Virus record (IMG/VR): IMGVR_UViG_3300027863_000019
Coordinates: 1-64,000 of that record
Length of the DNA stretch: 64,000 nucleotides
Strand: one strand, 5' to 3'
Source of the DNA: a virus
The notes under the pieces were generated by a model. That model was not told the DNA's origin. It saw nothing but the letters and a program-made list of their open reading frames with translations, and made no database searches. This document shows positions 18,080-27,138 of this stretch, piece after piece; the first letter of the stretch is position 1, and each line of letters opens with the position of its first letter. Both the position numbers and the translations under genes were made by a program.

Positions 18080-18799
18080 ATGCAAACAATTCTCTATTGG
18101 ACATGTCCTTACTGTGGCTCGGAGAGATCAGTTCTTAAAGGGCTAATTCACGAGAAGTCAACATGCGTTAACCTTTCATGCCATAAAGACCCAGGCTCTT
18201 TCTATAGGCTCGTTATGGATACTGTAAAGTGCCTTGGATGTCACATAGGATGTAACAAAAAAGCTATCGTCACTAAAGAGGGGAACTTCATTTTGAGAGA
18301 TCTGCCTGATGATATCAATGATATCTATAAAGAAGTGATTCGTCGGGGTACTGAACTTATTGAGCAAGCTGACATCGCTCCCATCAAGAGGCAATGTATT
18401 CTCAATGGGTCTTGGGATCAACTTGACCTCGATTTAATTAAGAATATTTGTTTGGGCGCTGGTGCTCAATGTAGTGTAGGAGATTCCATTTATCATAAAG
18501 ACTTTTTCAAGGCCCTTGATATGAGAGTCGAGATAGTTCAACGGCTCTTTGAAGAATGGGGAATCGAATTTCATTGTTCCTTAAACGTAAATTTAAGCGA
18601 AGATTGGTCCTGTTGTTTTAAATCTGAAGACTCTGCGGGCGTCATTTCAGCTCGTTTCTATGATTGGCAAGATGCTATATATGAAATGCTTGGGATCCTT
18701 AATATGAATGAGTTAGTGAGCCAGGCAATTCTACACTGGAGACGTAGAGAAGATTGGATTAAAGAATTACAATACGTCGACTTCAATACGGATAGCTGA
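18080..18799 (+). CDS. 7-Cys family N-terminal domain fused to an unknown domain
   Basis: CPYC...CVNLSC...CLGCHIGC. Confidence 0.7.
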   Translation: MQTILYWTCPYCGSERSVLKGLIHEKSTCVNLSCHKDPGSFYRLVMDTVKCLGCHIGCNKKAIVTKEGNFILRDLPDDINDIYKEVIRRGTELIEQADIAPIKRQCILNGSWDQLDLDLIKNICLGAGAQCSVGDSIYHKDFFKALDMRVEIVQRLFEEWGIEFHCSLNVNLSEDWSCCFKSEDSAGVISARFYDWQDAIYEMLGILNMNELVSQAILHWRRREDWIKELQYVDFNTDS

Positions 18800-19107
18800 T
18801 GAAGAAAAATACTGAACTCGTTGAATTCTTCGCATGCCCAGACTGTAAGCACTTTAGCTGGGAATGCGTTGATTATGTTCCGCTTAATAGCACTTCAGAA
18901 TACGCCTGCTTAGCAGAGTGTGACCACTGTGGTCAAGAACTTTTGGTCGTTGATACGGCGGCGAGATGTACGAAGTGTAAAAATAAAGTAGAGTGTATGG
19001 CTACGCCGTTAAAGCTTGTTCAGGCGACGGCAATGGCTATTCATAAAGACTCAGTGTCAGAGATCAAAAGAACTATTGAACGGTTGGAGAAACAAAATGG
19101 GCTTTAA
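18799..19107 (+). CDS. 7-Cys family protein
   Basis: CPDC...CDHC...CTKCKNKVECMATP. Confidence 0.75.
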   Translation: MKKNTELVEFFACPDCKHFSWECVDYVPLNSTSEYACLAECDHCGQELLVVDTAARCTKCKNKVECMATPLKLVQATAMAIHKDSVSEIKRTIERLEKQNGL

Positions 19108-19516
19108 AAACCCTTTGGAAGATCCTGAAGTTGTTTCGACACTTTATAAAACTCATTTCTTCGCCGGTGCCCTCACTTTACGCCGGCGAGGAAGAAGTTA
19201 TCACTTGGGAGCATGGGGAGACGTTCGTTGGCCAAAAAATCCGTTTATTACGCCTAGTGAAATGCTTTACGTGATGAAGAAGATCTTTGGTCCACCGAAT
19301 GCGTTTAGCTGCGATAAAGTTACTTTTAATTATGTGTTTAAAAGCGCTATACCCGACGTATACTACGAGATCAGAGATTACTGTGGATTCCTTAGTTGTG
19401 GAATTGGGGTCCCAAAAGATATGCACACTTATATCAATAAGCGCTTAACAGAAAAAATCAATAAAGGGCTGAAAGAATTAATTAAGGAGTGTGTTGTTGC
19501 ATACAACCTAATATAA
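19097..19516 (+). CDS. Hypothetical protein
   Basis: GGAG SD before ATG 19097. Confidence 0.65.
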   Translation: MGFKNPLEDPEVVSTLYKTHFFAGALTLRRRGRSYHLGAWGDVRWPKNPFITPSEMLYVMKKIFGPPNAFSCDKVTFNYVFKSAIPDVYYEIRDYCGFLSCGIGVPKDMHTYINKRLTEKINKGLKELIKECVVAYNLI

Positions 19517-19827
19517 TGGTATTCGCACGAATTTATCTTGTTCATTGTCCACGATGTTCTATGCCAGGAAAGGTGAAGATTTTATTTTTTGAGAAATGTT
19601 TCTGTGGAAGATGCCCTCACTGTCAAGCAATGTTTATGTTCGTGAAAAGATCACGCTCATGCAGCAAGTGTAGTAAACGGGTTTTCTGTTTACTACAATA
19701 TCCTATCTTAGTTGGAGACTCATTGAACTATGCGCAAGAGGAGACGAAAAATAAAAAAGGAGCAAATTCCTTTAAGTGGAGTGAGTATCCCGCGAATGCC
19801 CCTAGGTCCCACCATGATTGTGTCTAA
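19489..19827 (+). CDS. 7-Cys family protein (start may be ~19516)
   Basis: CPRC...CPHC...CSKCSKRVFCLLQYP. Confidence 0.7.
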   Translation: MCCCIQPNIMVFARIYLVHCPRCSMPGKVKILFFEKCFCGRCPHCQAMFMFVKRSRSCSKCSKRVFCLLQYPILVGDSLNYAQEETKNKKGANSFKWSEYPANAPRSHHDCV

Positions 19828-19918
19828 TACGGGATCTTGCGCGCGGGTAATCCAAGGCAAGAAGAAGTATAATCGTAAACGCATCGAACGGAGGATTAAG
19901 CTCTGGGATGATGAGTAA
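19730..19918 (+). CDS. Small basic protein, weakly ArfA-like
   Basis: VIQGKKKYNRKR motif. Confidence 0.4.
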   Translation: MRKRRRKIKKEQIPLSGVSIPRMPLGPTMIVSNTGSCARVIQGKKKYNRKRIERRIKLWDDE

Positions 19919-19940
19919 GTCGTCCTTTTATTTGATCCCA

Positions 19941-19980
19941 AATTTTTTCCCTTTTAAAATCCCAAAGAATCAGTTAAAAT
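19941..19980 (+). promoter_or_regulatory. Phage promoter motif
   Basis: AATTTTTTCCC-N23-TAAAAT. Confidence 0.65.
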
Positions 19981-20163
19981 ATTTTTAATTCAATTAAGGA
20001 TTCCGCAAGGTAAAGGGGAAACGTAATGGCAAAGGTTTTACTGACTGGCATTGAAAAGCCTGATGGACCTCCACCTATCGGAGCTCAAGCGACCTGTCCT
20101 CGCTGCGCTGCGTGTAGATGTTCGAGGGTGTTTATTAAGCAGCTCTAAGCAGCTCGTGGAAAA

Positions 20164-20496
20164 GTGAAACCAGAAACCACCTTCGAATACTTGTGGCTAA
20201 GGCACTTTATACCGCCTTCAATCACGTTACACGGTAAACGGATTGGAGTTCCCTTATCATGCCCATTCTGTAAAAGAACTGGGCGAAAGGTTGTAACGGT
20301 TTATGAATTGAAGGAGGGTAAGGTGGTGGTCATGCAAGGTAAAAGAAGGTGCAATGCCGTACGATGTGGGATGTGTGGTAGTACTTTTATGGCCACCATC
20401 GAGTGCTTAGCTGAAAAATGCGATAACAGATCGTCATGCCTGCAAATGGGAATCTCAAAGATTGACGTGAGTCACTTATATGAGTGGGAAGAATAA
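20164..20496 (+). CDS. 7-Cys family protein
   Basis: CPFC...CGMC...CLAEKCDNRSSCL. Confidence 0.7.
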   Translation: MKPETTFEYLWLRHFIPPSITLHGKRIGVPLSCPFCKRTGRKVVTVYELKEGKVVVMQGKRRCNAVRCGMCGSTFMATIECLAEKCDNRSSCLQMGISKIDVSHLYEWEE

Positions 20497-20701
20497 TATA
20501 CGAAGAGTACGAATTAAACTCTTGATCTGTTCTAAATGTCATAATGTCTTTCCTATTGCACGCAAAAAGTCACATAATCGTTCAACGGGACATATTAAAC
20601 ATTTGTATTGCCCTGTTTGTGAGAAAGTAACTGAACATGTTGAGCACGACGACAACGCTCTCGGTGCTATGTTCTTCAGCGGACAAAACTTAGCATGGTA
20701 G
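20480..20701 (+). CDS. bL33-like zinc-ribbon protein
   Basis: RVRIKLLICSKC...K.LYCPVCEKVTEHVE resembles ribosomal L33 layout. Confidence 0.55.
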   Translation: MSGKNNIRRVRIKLLICSKCHNVFPIARKKSHNRSTGHIKHLYCPVCEKVTEHVEHDDNALGAMFFSGQNLAW

Positions 20702-20733
20702 AGCACTGCTTTGAGATCTAAAATAGTTGATAT

Positions 20734-20810
20734 CTGGGCATAGCTCAATCTGGTAGAGCATAGCCTTTGGGAGGCTAAGGTTGAACGTTCGAATCGTTCT
20801 GCCCAGACCA
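20734..20810 (+). tRNA. tRNA-Pro(TGG)
   Basis: CTGGGCA/TGCCCAG acceptor stem, TAGCC-TTTGGGA-GGCTA anticodon arm, TTCGAAT, CCA. Confidence 0.92.
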
Positions 20811-21227
20811 TTTAAAGGTTCAAATCCTCTCACTACAACCATTTCAAAGGCAACCAGATGACTCAAAGACTGGAGACGGCCAAATGTCCTTTCTGCGATT
20901 CGGATATCGGCTTGGTGAACCAGTTTGAGTTTCCCTGCCCGGAGTGCCTACAGTTGGTAGGAGTATTGTCAGACGGGCCCTCACCGCGCTTGGTACGAGC
21001 GGCTCCTGACTCCCGCAAGCCGTGGGAGCATTCAATTGGAAGCCGGATTCATCCAGCGTCTTGAAGTTTCGGCTTGAGCCGGGGGAGCATTCATGATGGT
21101 TTCGATGATCAATGGTTTGATTGGAGAGGTCTATTAACGGTACTAAGAATACCAAATATGAAGATATCAATTACTATCGAATCTTCCCAGCCAATACTAA
21201 GGTGTTGTTTTCAGATGGAGAAAGAGT

Positions 21228-21434
21228 ATGAAAGAAAAAGTTCACGACAAGTGCATTGGTTGTCAGAAGGTCGACTCCGATCAATTTTGTTTAGTCTATA
21301 GCAAACCTTCTATCTGGTGGGATAAGCGTGGTGGATGTCCAATGGCTACGCATGCTGGAAAGAAAGTAGTTGTTGAGAGTAAGAAAGTTAACCCTCTCAA
21401 AGTTTCACGTAGATCGAAAAGAAGAATCAAATGA
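21228..21434 (+). CDS. PxxKW-family cysteine-rich protein
   Basis: CIGC...FC.VY..P..WW...GCPMATH...KVNPLK.SRR. Confidence 0.75.
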   Translation: MKEKVHDKCIGCQKVDSDQFCLVYSKPSIWWDKRGGCPMATHAGKKVVVESKKVNPLKVSRRSKRRIK

Positions 21435-21436
21435 AC

Positions 21437-21510
21437 GAGCTCGTAGCTCAACGGTAGAGTACATGACTTTTAATCATGAAGAGAAGGTGCGAGTCCTTCC
21501 GAGCCTACCA
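21437..21510 (+). tRNA. tRNA-Lys(TTT), atypical T-loop
   Basis: CATGA-CTTTTAA-TCATG anticodon arm, CCA end; T-loop TGCGAGT and one acceptor mismatch. Confidence 0.75.
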
Positions 21511-21523
21511 TAAGGAAAAGAAA

Positions 21524-21670
21524 ATGCCAATTTACGAATATGAATGTCCGAAATGCAAAACCGTCTTTGAAAGATTCGTTGGTACTAAAGATCCTGAAAC
21601 GACTTACTGCCCCAAGTGTCAGACCGAATCGATTCGGATCATGTCAACTTTTAAGATTGAAATGAAATAG
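21524..21670 (+). CDS. FmdB-family zinc-ribbon protein
   Basis: MPIYEYECPKC...FE...CPKC...RIMS. Confidence 0.85.
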   Translation: MPIYEYECPKCKTVFERFVGTKDPETTYCPKCQTESIRIMSTFKIEMK

Positions 21671-21736
21671 TTGTGTGCTTGGGCTTTTGACTTAAATAAT
21701 CTGAGTGGTGACTGTATTGCGTTAAACAACCCATGC

Positions 21737-21811
21737 TGGGGTGTAGCTCAACGGTAGAGCGCCCGGCTGTTAACCGGATGGTTGTAGGTTCGAGTCCTAC
21801 CACTCCAGCCA
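21737..21811 (+). tRNA. tRNA-Asn(GTT)
   Basis: TGGGGTG/CACTCCA, CCGG-CTGTTAA-CCGG, GGTTCGAGTCC, CCA. Confidence 0.92.
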
Positions 21812-21835
21812 TAACAATCAGGGAGGAAGAGGGGA

Positions 21836-22177
21836 GTGCCAACCACTCCCCTAACTACTATGTTCAATTTCGTTATGTTGTGTTACGGAAGGTTGAGTCT
21901 AAGCTTTTCTGGTCAAGCTTCGACTCCGGATGAGTTCATCGATCGTTATGAAAATGGCGAATTCGATCCTTCTGATGATTCAGAAGTTCTTGAGGAGATA
22001 CTTCATGTTAGAGACTTTCATTGTCCGTTATGTAAGTACGTTACAAATTGGACTCTAGTCATTGATAACTGTAAAATAGAATGTGGGCACTGCGGCAGAT
22101 CATTCGTAATCGACGACAAGAAATGTGATTCATGTAGAAAACGTACCGCGGGATGTCTCGCAGTGAGTCCCCTATAA
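21836..22177 (+). CDS. 7-Cys family protein
   Basis: CPLC...CGHC...CDSCRKRTAGCLAVSP. Confidence 0.65.
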   Translation: MPTTPLTTMFNFVMLCYGRLSLSFSGQASTPDEFIDRYENGEFDPSDDSEVLEEILHVRDFHCPLCKYVTNWTLVIDNCKIECGHCGRSFVIDDKKCDSCRKRTAGCLAVSPL

Positions 22178-22242
22178 TTAGTTTTAACAACGTGTCTGAA
22201 ACAGCAGAAGGTGAATCATGAATAACACTGGAGGGATAATTT

Positions 22243-22767
22243 ATGGCATCAACTTATCGTGGAGTGGTAGTCGGAACCGCTTTTGCAGCCAATAAAAGCA
22301 TGCTGACCCTTTTTAATGGCAGCGGCTCTGGATTGGTGTTGCGGGTCAAGCGAATTTGGATGCTGAATAACCAAACCTCAGCGGTGACTGGTGTATTAAC
22401 CACCATGGAAATCCGCCGTATTTCAGCCTCCAGCGGTGGAACTGCTGGTGGGGTGGTAAAGCACGATTCAACCTCTTCATCGTTGCCTGCCCAGGTTACC
22501 TGCACTACTGGGGCAACGGACACCCTCACGAGCGATCCAGCTTTGATGCGTTTTATGTGGTCAAATGACGAGCCGGCTACCGGAACACTTACTAATGATG
22601 AAATTGAGTGTATCCCAGCTTTTGCTTGTGTATGGGACTGCACTGGTGATAGCGATTTGGAACCGCTGGTGTTGCGTCAGGGAGAAGGGGTTTCGGTTCG
22701 ACATACCGGCTCCTCTACGGTGGGCATTGCGGATGTTATTATTGAATTCACGGCGGCAGCAAGCTAA
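22243..22767 (+). CDS. Beta-rich, possibly virion-associated protein
   Basis: Ser/Thr/Gly-rich; LFNGSGS..LRVKRI and PLVLRQGEG motifs. Confidence 0.75.
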   Translation: MASTYRGVVVGTAFAANKSMLTLFNGSGSGLVLRVKRIWMLNNQTSAVTGVLTTMEIRRISASSGGTAGGVVKHDSTSSSLPAQVTCTTGATDTLTSDPALMRFMWSNDEPATGTLTNDEIECIPAFACVWDCTGDSDLEPLVLRQGEGVSVRHTGSSTVGIADVIIEFTAAAS

Positions 22768-24185
22768 TGGCTAAACGTCAATATCGTTGGTTTTCGCAGG
22801 GGTTGTGGCAGAGCCAATCTGGGAATGCTATCTTGGCTCTGCTCAATCCCTTGGGAAGTGATAAAAAAGTTACGGTAAACCGGGTGGAGGTTTTCAATAA
22901 TAAGCATTATGGCACCTTCCCCACCGTGGACGTGGTGGTTGACTCCACCACCCGCACCGATGGTGATTTGGGGGGCGAGCGAGTGAATGTGGTCTCTATG
23001 GATACTAGCGCCTCCCTGCCTTCTGGTATCACTTTGCGCCGCAATACCAGTATCATTTTCAGTAATACATCTTTTTTGCGGTTATATACTCTTCGGTTAA
23101 CTACTACATCGGCTTTTTATTCATCTGCCTATGGCCCCTCAAAAACCAGGATGCGGAAGAATGGTCGGAGTGGTTGGCATTTTGAAAGCTGGGCCATGGA
23201 CAACATGGACCCAATCACTATCAACCCAGGGGAATTTCTGGCGATAACTAATCTGAATACAGGTGCTAATCAGGAATCCATTCCTTTGGAAGTGCAATTA
23301 AGGTTTAATGTCAATAACCATACTTTTGCAACTGTATTCCCATGTTTTGTGGGGTTCAACGGCACCGCTGCGTTTGTCCTCCTCAATCAATCTACTAGTA
23401 TCGTATATATTAAGCGGCTGTTTTTACGAGAGGTAGGCACAGCAGACACGCCATATTTTCAATTGGTGCCAGTCGGGGCTATAGACCCAAATAGTATAGA
23501 TGATCAATGGCGGCGAGCTTATGGACAACCCTTAGATTCGCAGTATGGTGGGTATCAAAGTGGTGATCCCTATTTTGTGTTAGACGCTCCGATGCTCCCA
23601 TATTTGGTGCCGCATCAGTATCTAGCAGATGGCTCAGCTGGTTCCCCCAAAGGGGTCAATTATCTGCATACTAAAGACTTTTGGGGACCGACATACGGCG
23701 TTTTTTTCCCTGAATTTGCTACCATCCACTCAACTACAGCTTGTCACGGGTTATGCTGGCCACTTGCCTATCGCTATTTTCTCAATCTTTCCTTGGTTTT
23801 GCGGGAGGGAGAGGGTTTAGCTATGGTTTCCTCGGCCGAAACTGCTGTAATCGCATCAGCCATTGGAACATCTGGTTGGCAGCCGTATGAATTTTGCGTT
23901 ACTTACAGCGTTGAACCCAAGAGCATCCCTACCATCAAGGCTACTGGCATGGTCCCAGGGACCCGTTGGGTCATCCAGAAAAAGGCCACCAATCAGTTAG
24001 TTCAGCAGGAGGTCACGACGGATGGCACCATGGAATACACATATTACGAGGAAGATATCCCTCTTGAGATGGTTTTCAAGGCGCGCAAGGCGTCCGAGTC
24101 GCCATATTACAAACCATTTGAGGTTAGTTTTTTGCTAACGGCAGATGGCATTACCATCCCGGTTAGCCAGGTGAAAGATGAGTAG
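22767..24185 (+). CDS. Beta-rich protein with two copies of the 22243 domain
   Basis: LLNPLGSDKKVTVNRV/PITINPGE and LLNQSTSIVYIKRL/LVLREGEG repeats. Confidence 0.75.
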   Translation: MAKRQYRWFSQGLWQSQSGNAILALLNPLGSDKKVTVNRVEVFNNKHYGTFPTVDVVVDSTTRTDGDLGGERVNVVSMDTSASLPSGITLRRNTSIIFSNTSFLRLYTLRLTTTSAFYSSAYGPSKTRMRKNGRSGWHFESWAMDNMDPITINPGEFLAITNLNTGANQESIPLEVQLRFNVNNHTFATVFPCFVGFNGTAAFVLLNQSTSIVYIKRLFLREVGTADTPYFQLVPVGAIDPNSIDDQWRRAYGQPLDSQYGGYQSGDPYFVLDAPMLPYLVPHQYLADGSAGSPKGVNYLHTKDFWGPTYGVFFPEFATIHSTTACHGLCWPLAYRYFLNLSLVLREGEGLAMVSSAETAVIASAIGTSGWQPYEFCVTYSVEPKSIPTIKATGMVPGTRWVIQKKATNQLVQQEVTTDGTMEYTYYEEDIPLEMVFKARKASESPYYKPFEVSFLLTADGITIPVSQVKDE

Positions 24186-24248
24186 AGAGAAACAATATAA
24201 AGCTTTGGCTGAGGATTATCAACGACTGCAGAGAGTGAATGAAAAAGT

Positions 24249-24323
24249 TGGCGGATAGTTCAATGGTAGAACGCAGGTCTTTGGCGCCTGATGTTGAGGG
24301 TTCGAATCCTTCTCCGCCAGCCA
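24249..24323 (+). tRNA. tRNA-Gln(TTG)
   Basis: TGGCGGA/TCCGCCA, CAGGT-CTTTGGC-GCCTG, GGTTCGAATCC, CCA. Confidence 0.9.
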
Positions 24324-24330
24324 ACTAAAA

Positions 24331-24693
24331 ATGTTCAATTGGTTTAAACGCAAAGCTAAAAAGGAGTCGGATGTCGGAGGTTCGAATCCTTCCACCCCCG
24401 CCAAACCAAAGTTTGCAATCTATAAGAAAACCGATGCACTTGGTCGAGCATTGTTAGGAGATTATCGTCATATTCGAATTAGGTGCATAAGGTGTCTTAA
24501 AATGACTGGAATTATTTCCAACATGTGTTGGGAAGAGCGAGATTCTGGTAAACGAGTAGCCGCGGCTTATAGAGTTGGATGTACTCAATGCGGTGAAATA
24601 TTTCGAGTCGTCTTTAACCCGTTGATTTGTTTATCATGTTCAGATCCATGTAATGCGACATCAACTTGGGATAGGTGGGAAGATGATGAATAA
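24331..24693 (+). CDS. 7-Cys family protein whose 5' part overlaps a tRNA relic
   Basis: CIRC...CTQC..IFRVVF...CLSCSDPC. Confidence 0.7.
   Translation: MFNWFKRKAKKESDVGGSNPSTPAKPKFAIYKKTDALGRALLGDYRHIRIRCIRCLKMTGIISNMCWEERDSGKRVAAAYRVGCTQCGEIFRVVFNPLICLSCSDPCNATSTWDRWEDDE
24371..24403 (+). pseudogene. tRNA 3'-half relic
   Basis: GGAGGTTCGAATCCTTCCACCCCCGCCA (T-arm plus CCA) with no intact 5' half. Confidence 0.7.
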
Positions 24694-24890
24694 TTTTGAA
24701 TCAAAGCAGTTTGGTGATGTTCCTCTTGAGGCATACTTTATGACTCGAGATGAGAAAGGGCTTCTTCAATCCTTTCAAAAGAAGGATAGTCAAACAGCGA
24801 AGAACCTGTTGACAAAACAATTAGTAACGTTTAATCTCTTAATTGTAACTATTCAAAGTTTATTAACAAAGGTAAGTGTGTTCATGAATT

Positions 24891-24975
24891 GGGTGAGTCG
24901 GGTAGTGGCGATCCCAGCGGGCTGTAAACCCGCCGCCTCAGGCTAAACACGGAGGTTCGAGTCCTCCCTCACCCA
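24891..24975 (+). tRNA. tRNA-Tyr(GTA)
   Basis: GGGTGAG/CTCACCC, GCGGG-CTGTAAA-CCCGC, long variable arm; followed by CTA rather than CCA; TTGACA upstream at ~24808. Confidence 0.88.
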
Positions 24976-25019
24976 CTATTATCCCCCGCCGCAAGCTACG
25001 AAAAGATTTATTAAACCTA

Positions 25020-25466
25020 ATGGGAGAAACCAACAATATGCAAAAGCCCGTAGGTGTTCTATCCTCGTGGTTAAAGAATGTTAAAGACGCAAAGACCTTT
25101 GATATTAAGGGCGATGGTCAGATGTTGGATAGTCTCCGAATGTTATATCAGTTTGGAGGCTATGGACGGTTTACCGATATTCAGCATAGCCAATATCACG
25201 CTCGAGAGATTCAGAAGTGTTTAATTCTCGGGTTAATTCAACGCGTTAAAAAAGATTGTAGGTTGTGTCCAGGTAGAAAGGGAGATAAAGTTCTATGTCT
25301 GGGCACAAGAAAAAGATGTAGCGCTCGATATCTTTATGCACTAACAGCACTAGGATTTAAAGCAGTAGAAGATTTAATACAGTACATTGGGCAGAAAGGT
25401 TATTATAAAATTGAAATTGAGGTGAGTCCGTACTGGTGGAATTACTTTTGTCATAAGATCTGGTAA
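25020..25466 (+). CDS. Hypothetical protein, possible winged helix with Cys insert
   Basis: LILGLIQR...YLYALTALG. Confidence 0.6.
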   Translation: MGETNNMQKPVGVLSSWLKNVKDAKTFDIKGDGQMLDSLRMLYQFGGYGRFTDIQHSQYHAREIQKCLILGLIQRVKKDCRLCPGRKGDKVLCLGTRKRCSARYLYALTALGFKAVEDLIQYIGQKGYYKIEIEVSPYWWNYFCHKIW

Positions 25467-26130
25467 TGTCAAGACTAATTGGCATAATGCCTCATCAATG
25501 CCCTTTCTGTTCTAAGGATTCTGAGAGTAGCTATTACGATATCACTGTCTATAACATCGTGAGATTCTTCCACTTGTGTTTGGAGAACAACCCAAAACAT
25601 AGTAGATGCCCTCTTCATGCCATATCGCCCATGATCACCGTCGAGAGTCCTTATATAAAGGAGCGTAGCATCATTTTAAAGGTTATGCATACTCTCAGTT
25701 ACACAAGATCTGGACTAAGAACTCAGAAGGAAAGAGAAAGGAAATCGTAGAGAAGTATGGTTTCGACGTTAAGTTTACCTATCATGTTGTACGGTAGCTG
25801 GATGAGGTTGAATAAATCCTCGAGACTTCGATCTCAAATGTTGTCGTGAACAATGTAAGGTAATTCGTTGTAGTGAAGTTCCTTTTAGCTGAAATCGAAC
25901 AGCACTTTGCGATTAAGGAAAAAGCTTTAGAGGAACTTTACCATAAGTCAACTCTTCCATATGGACCTGACGAAGAGAAATTCGGGGGGATCCTTCTGAT
26001 GTGCTTGGAAGAGTTTTACGGAAGCTTAGATAAATGTGTCATTTATCATGTGGATGCCGAAAGTATTCTTTCAGACCTTGAAAATCTAATCCAGAAATAT
26101 CGGGGGAAAATAAATTGCATAAAATTGATT
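25466..26130 (+). pseudogene. Decayed RlaP/YcgL-like (Pol-beta superfamily) nucleotidyltransferase
   Basis: Fragments in different frames: DITVYNIVRFFHLCLENNP; HFKGYAYSQLHK..GKRKEIVEKYGFDVKFTYHVVR*LDEVE*; KEKALEELYHKSTLPYGPDEEK. Confidence 0.75.
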
Positions 26131-26324
26131 GGTCGTTGTTGGTCTACGATCCTTATAAGACAGATCACGAGATGCTCCTCGATCTTTACAACCATCAAGA
26201 TTGGTCGATGGATCGTATTGCGGAGCACTTAGGAGTTAATAAGTTTACAGTAAAGCGTCGGTTAATTGAATTGGGAATTACTATTAAAGGAAGAGGAGGG
26301 AGGCGTCCTGCCTCTATGACCTAA
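26115..26324 (+). CDS. Small HTH protein
   Basis: WSMDRIAEHLGVNKFTVKRRL. Confidence 0.7.
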   Translation: MHKIDWSLLVYDPYKTDHEMLLDLYNHQDWSMDRIAEHLGVNKFTVKRRLIELGITIKGRGGRRPASMT

Positions 26325-26336
26325 CTTTTACTCCAA

Positions 26337-26377
26337 AATTTTCTCCCTTTTATAGGTCACTTAAATCCAGTTAAAAT
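26337..26377 (+). promoter_or_regulatory. Phage promoter motif
   Basis: AATTTTCTCCC-N24-TAAAAT. Confidence 0.7.
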
Positions 26378-26408
26378 ACAATTAAAAATAATTACATGAG
26401 GCAACTAT

Positions 26409-26789
26409 ATGACAACTAGCGGAACCGATGAGAAGGTAACCGTTGCGAATCCTGAACGGGACCTTGGAGTTGAGTACTGTGAATTTTGTCAACAGAACTT
26501 TCCCGTAAGAGTTCGTATTGTTTCTACTCTGGATGCAGGTGTGCACCTTCAAATATCGGGATTCCATATTCACATGAGTATGAATGGTGAACCGATTCCT
26601 TTAGCACCTCGTTTGATTCGCATCGATGATCTTGACGACTTCCGCGATATTGGAAAAGCCCTGAAGGCTGAAACAATTCGAATCGCGCATGAAGTTGAAG
26701 TACGAGATACTTCTCGTAGAGTAGAAGAACTCGAACAGGAAATCTATCCAGAATGTGAGGAGTCAAAAGAATCCGATGAGGCAGCGTAG
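26409..26789 (+). CDS. CxxC/HxH protein, paralog of 31958-32203
   Basis: CEFC...GFHIHMS vs CEEC...GLHLHMS. Confidence 0.7.
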   Translation: MTTSGTDEKVTVANPERDLGVEYCEFCQQNFPVRVRIVSTLDAGVHLQISGFHIHMSMNGEPIPLAPRLIRIDDLDDFRDIGKALKAETIRIAHEVEVRDTSRRVEELEQEIYPECEESKESDEAA

Positions 26790-27129
26790 AGGATACTCCA
26801 CGAGGTTAAGGCGAACTTATTCGTCAAGCAATCGTTACCAATTCTATAAGTTCTTTTGTTTACATTGCAGAGAAGCGGTCTTTGCGAGATCGTCAGAGCT
26901 TTGGGGAGTCTATGGCAGGGTATTTGAGTGTCCAATGTGTCACGGTTTAATAAGGTTATTTAAACGTACTCGTGCCTTTCCTGATAAGTGTAAGGATTGT
27001 GAGAATCCAGCAGCTTGCATGACAGCTCCTACGTTGCAAGTAGGAACTGGAACGAATATTAGAAAGAAGGAGTTTTCTTTTGACGAACTCCGAGGTCATA
27101 TATTGATTCAGAAATCTGAGACTTGTTGA
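26755..27129 (+). CDS. 7-Cys family protein
   Basis: CLHC...CPMC...CKDCENPAACMTAP. Confidence 0.7.
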   Translation: MRSQKNPMRQRRGYSTRLRRTYSSSNRYQFYKFFCLHCREAVFARSSELWGVYGRVFECPMCHGLIRLFKRTRAFPDKCKDCENPAACMTAPTLQVGTGTNIRKKEFSFDELRGHILIQKSETC

Positions 27130-27138
27130 GGAGGAAAT

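Noticed and set aside
20539-24404. ORFs 20539-20811(-), 21651-21842(-), 21733-21933(+) and 24219-24404(-)
   Set aside because: These are readings through tRNA genes
25690-25830. Stop-codon reassignment suggested by in-frame TAG codons
   Set aside because: The same relics also have TAA stops and frameshifts, long genes are intact in the standard code, TAG ends real genes, and no suppressor tRNA was seen
25466-26232. ORFs 25466-25750 and 25873-26232 as independent genes
   Set aside because: They are fragments of one frameshifted nucleotidyltransferase pseudogene
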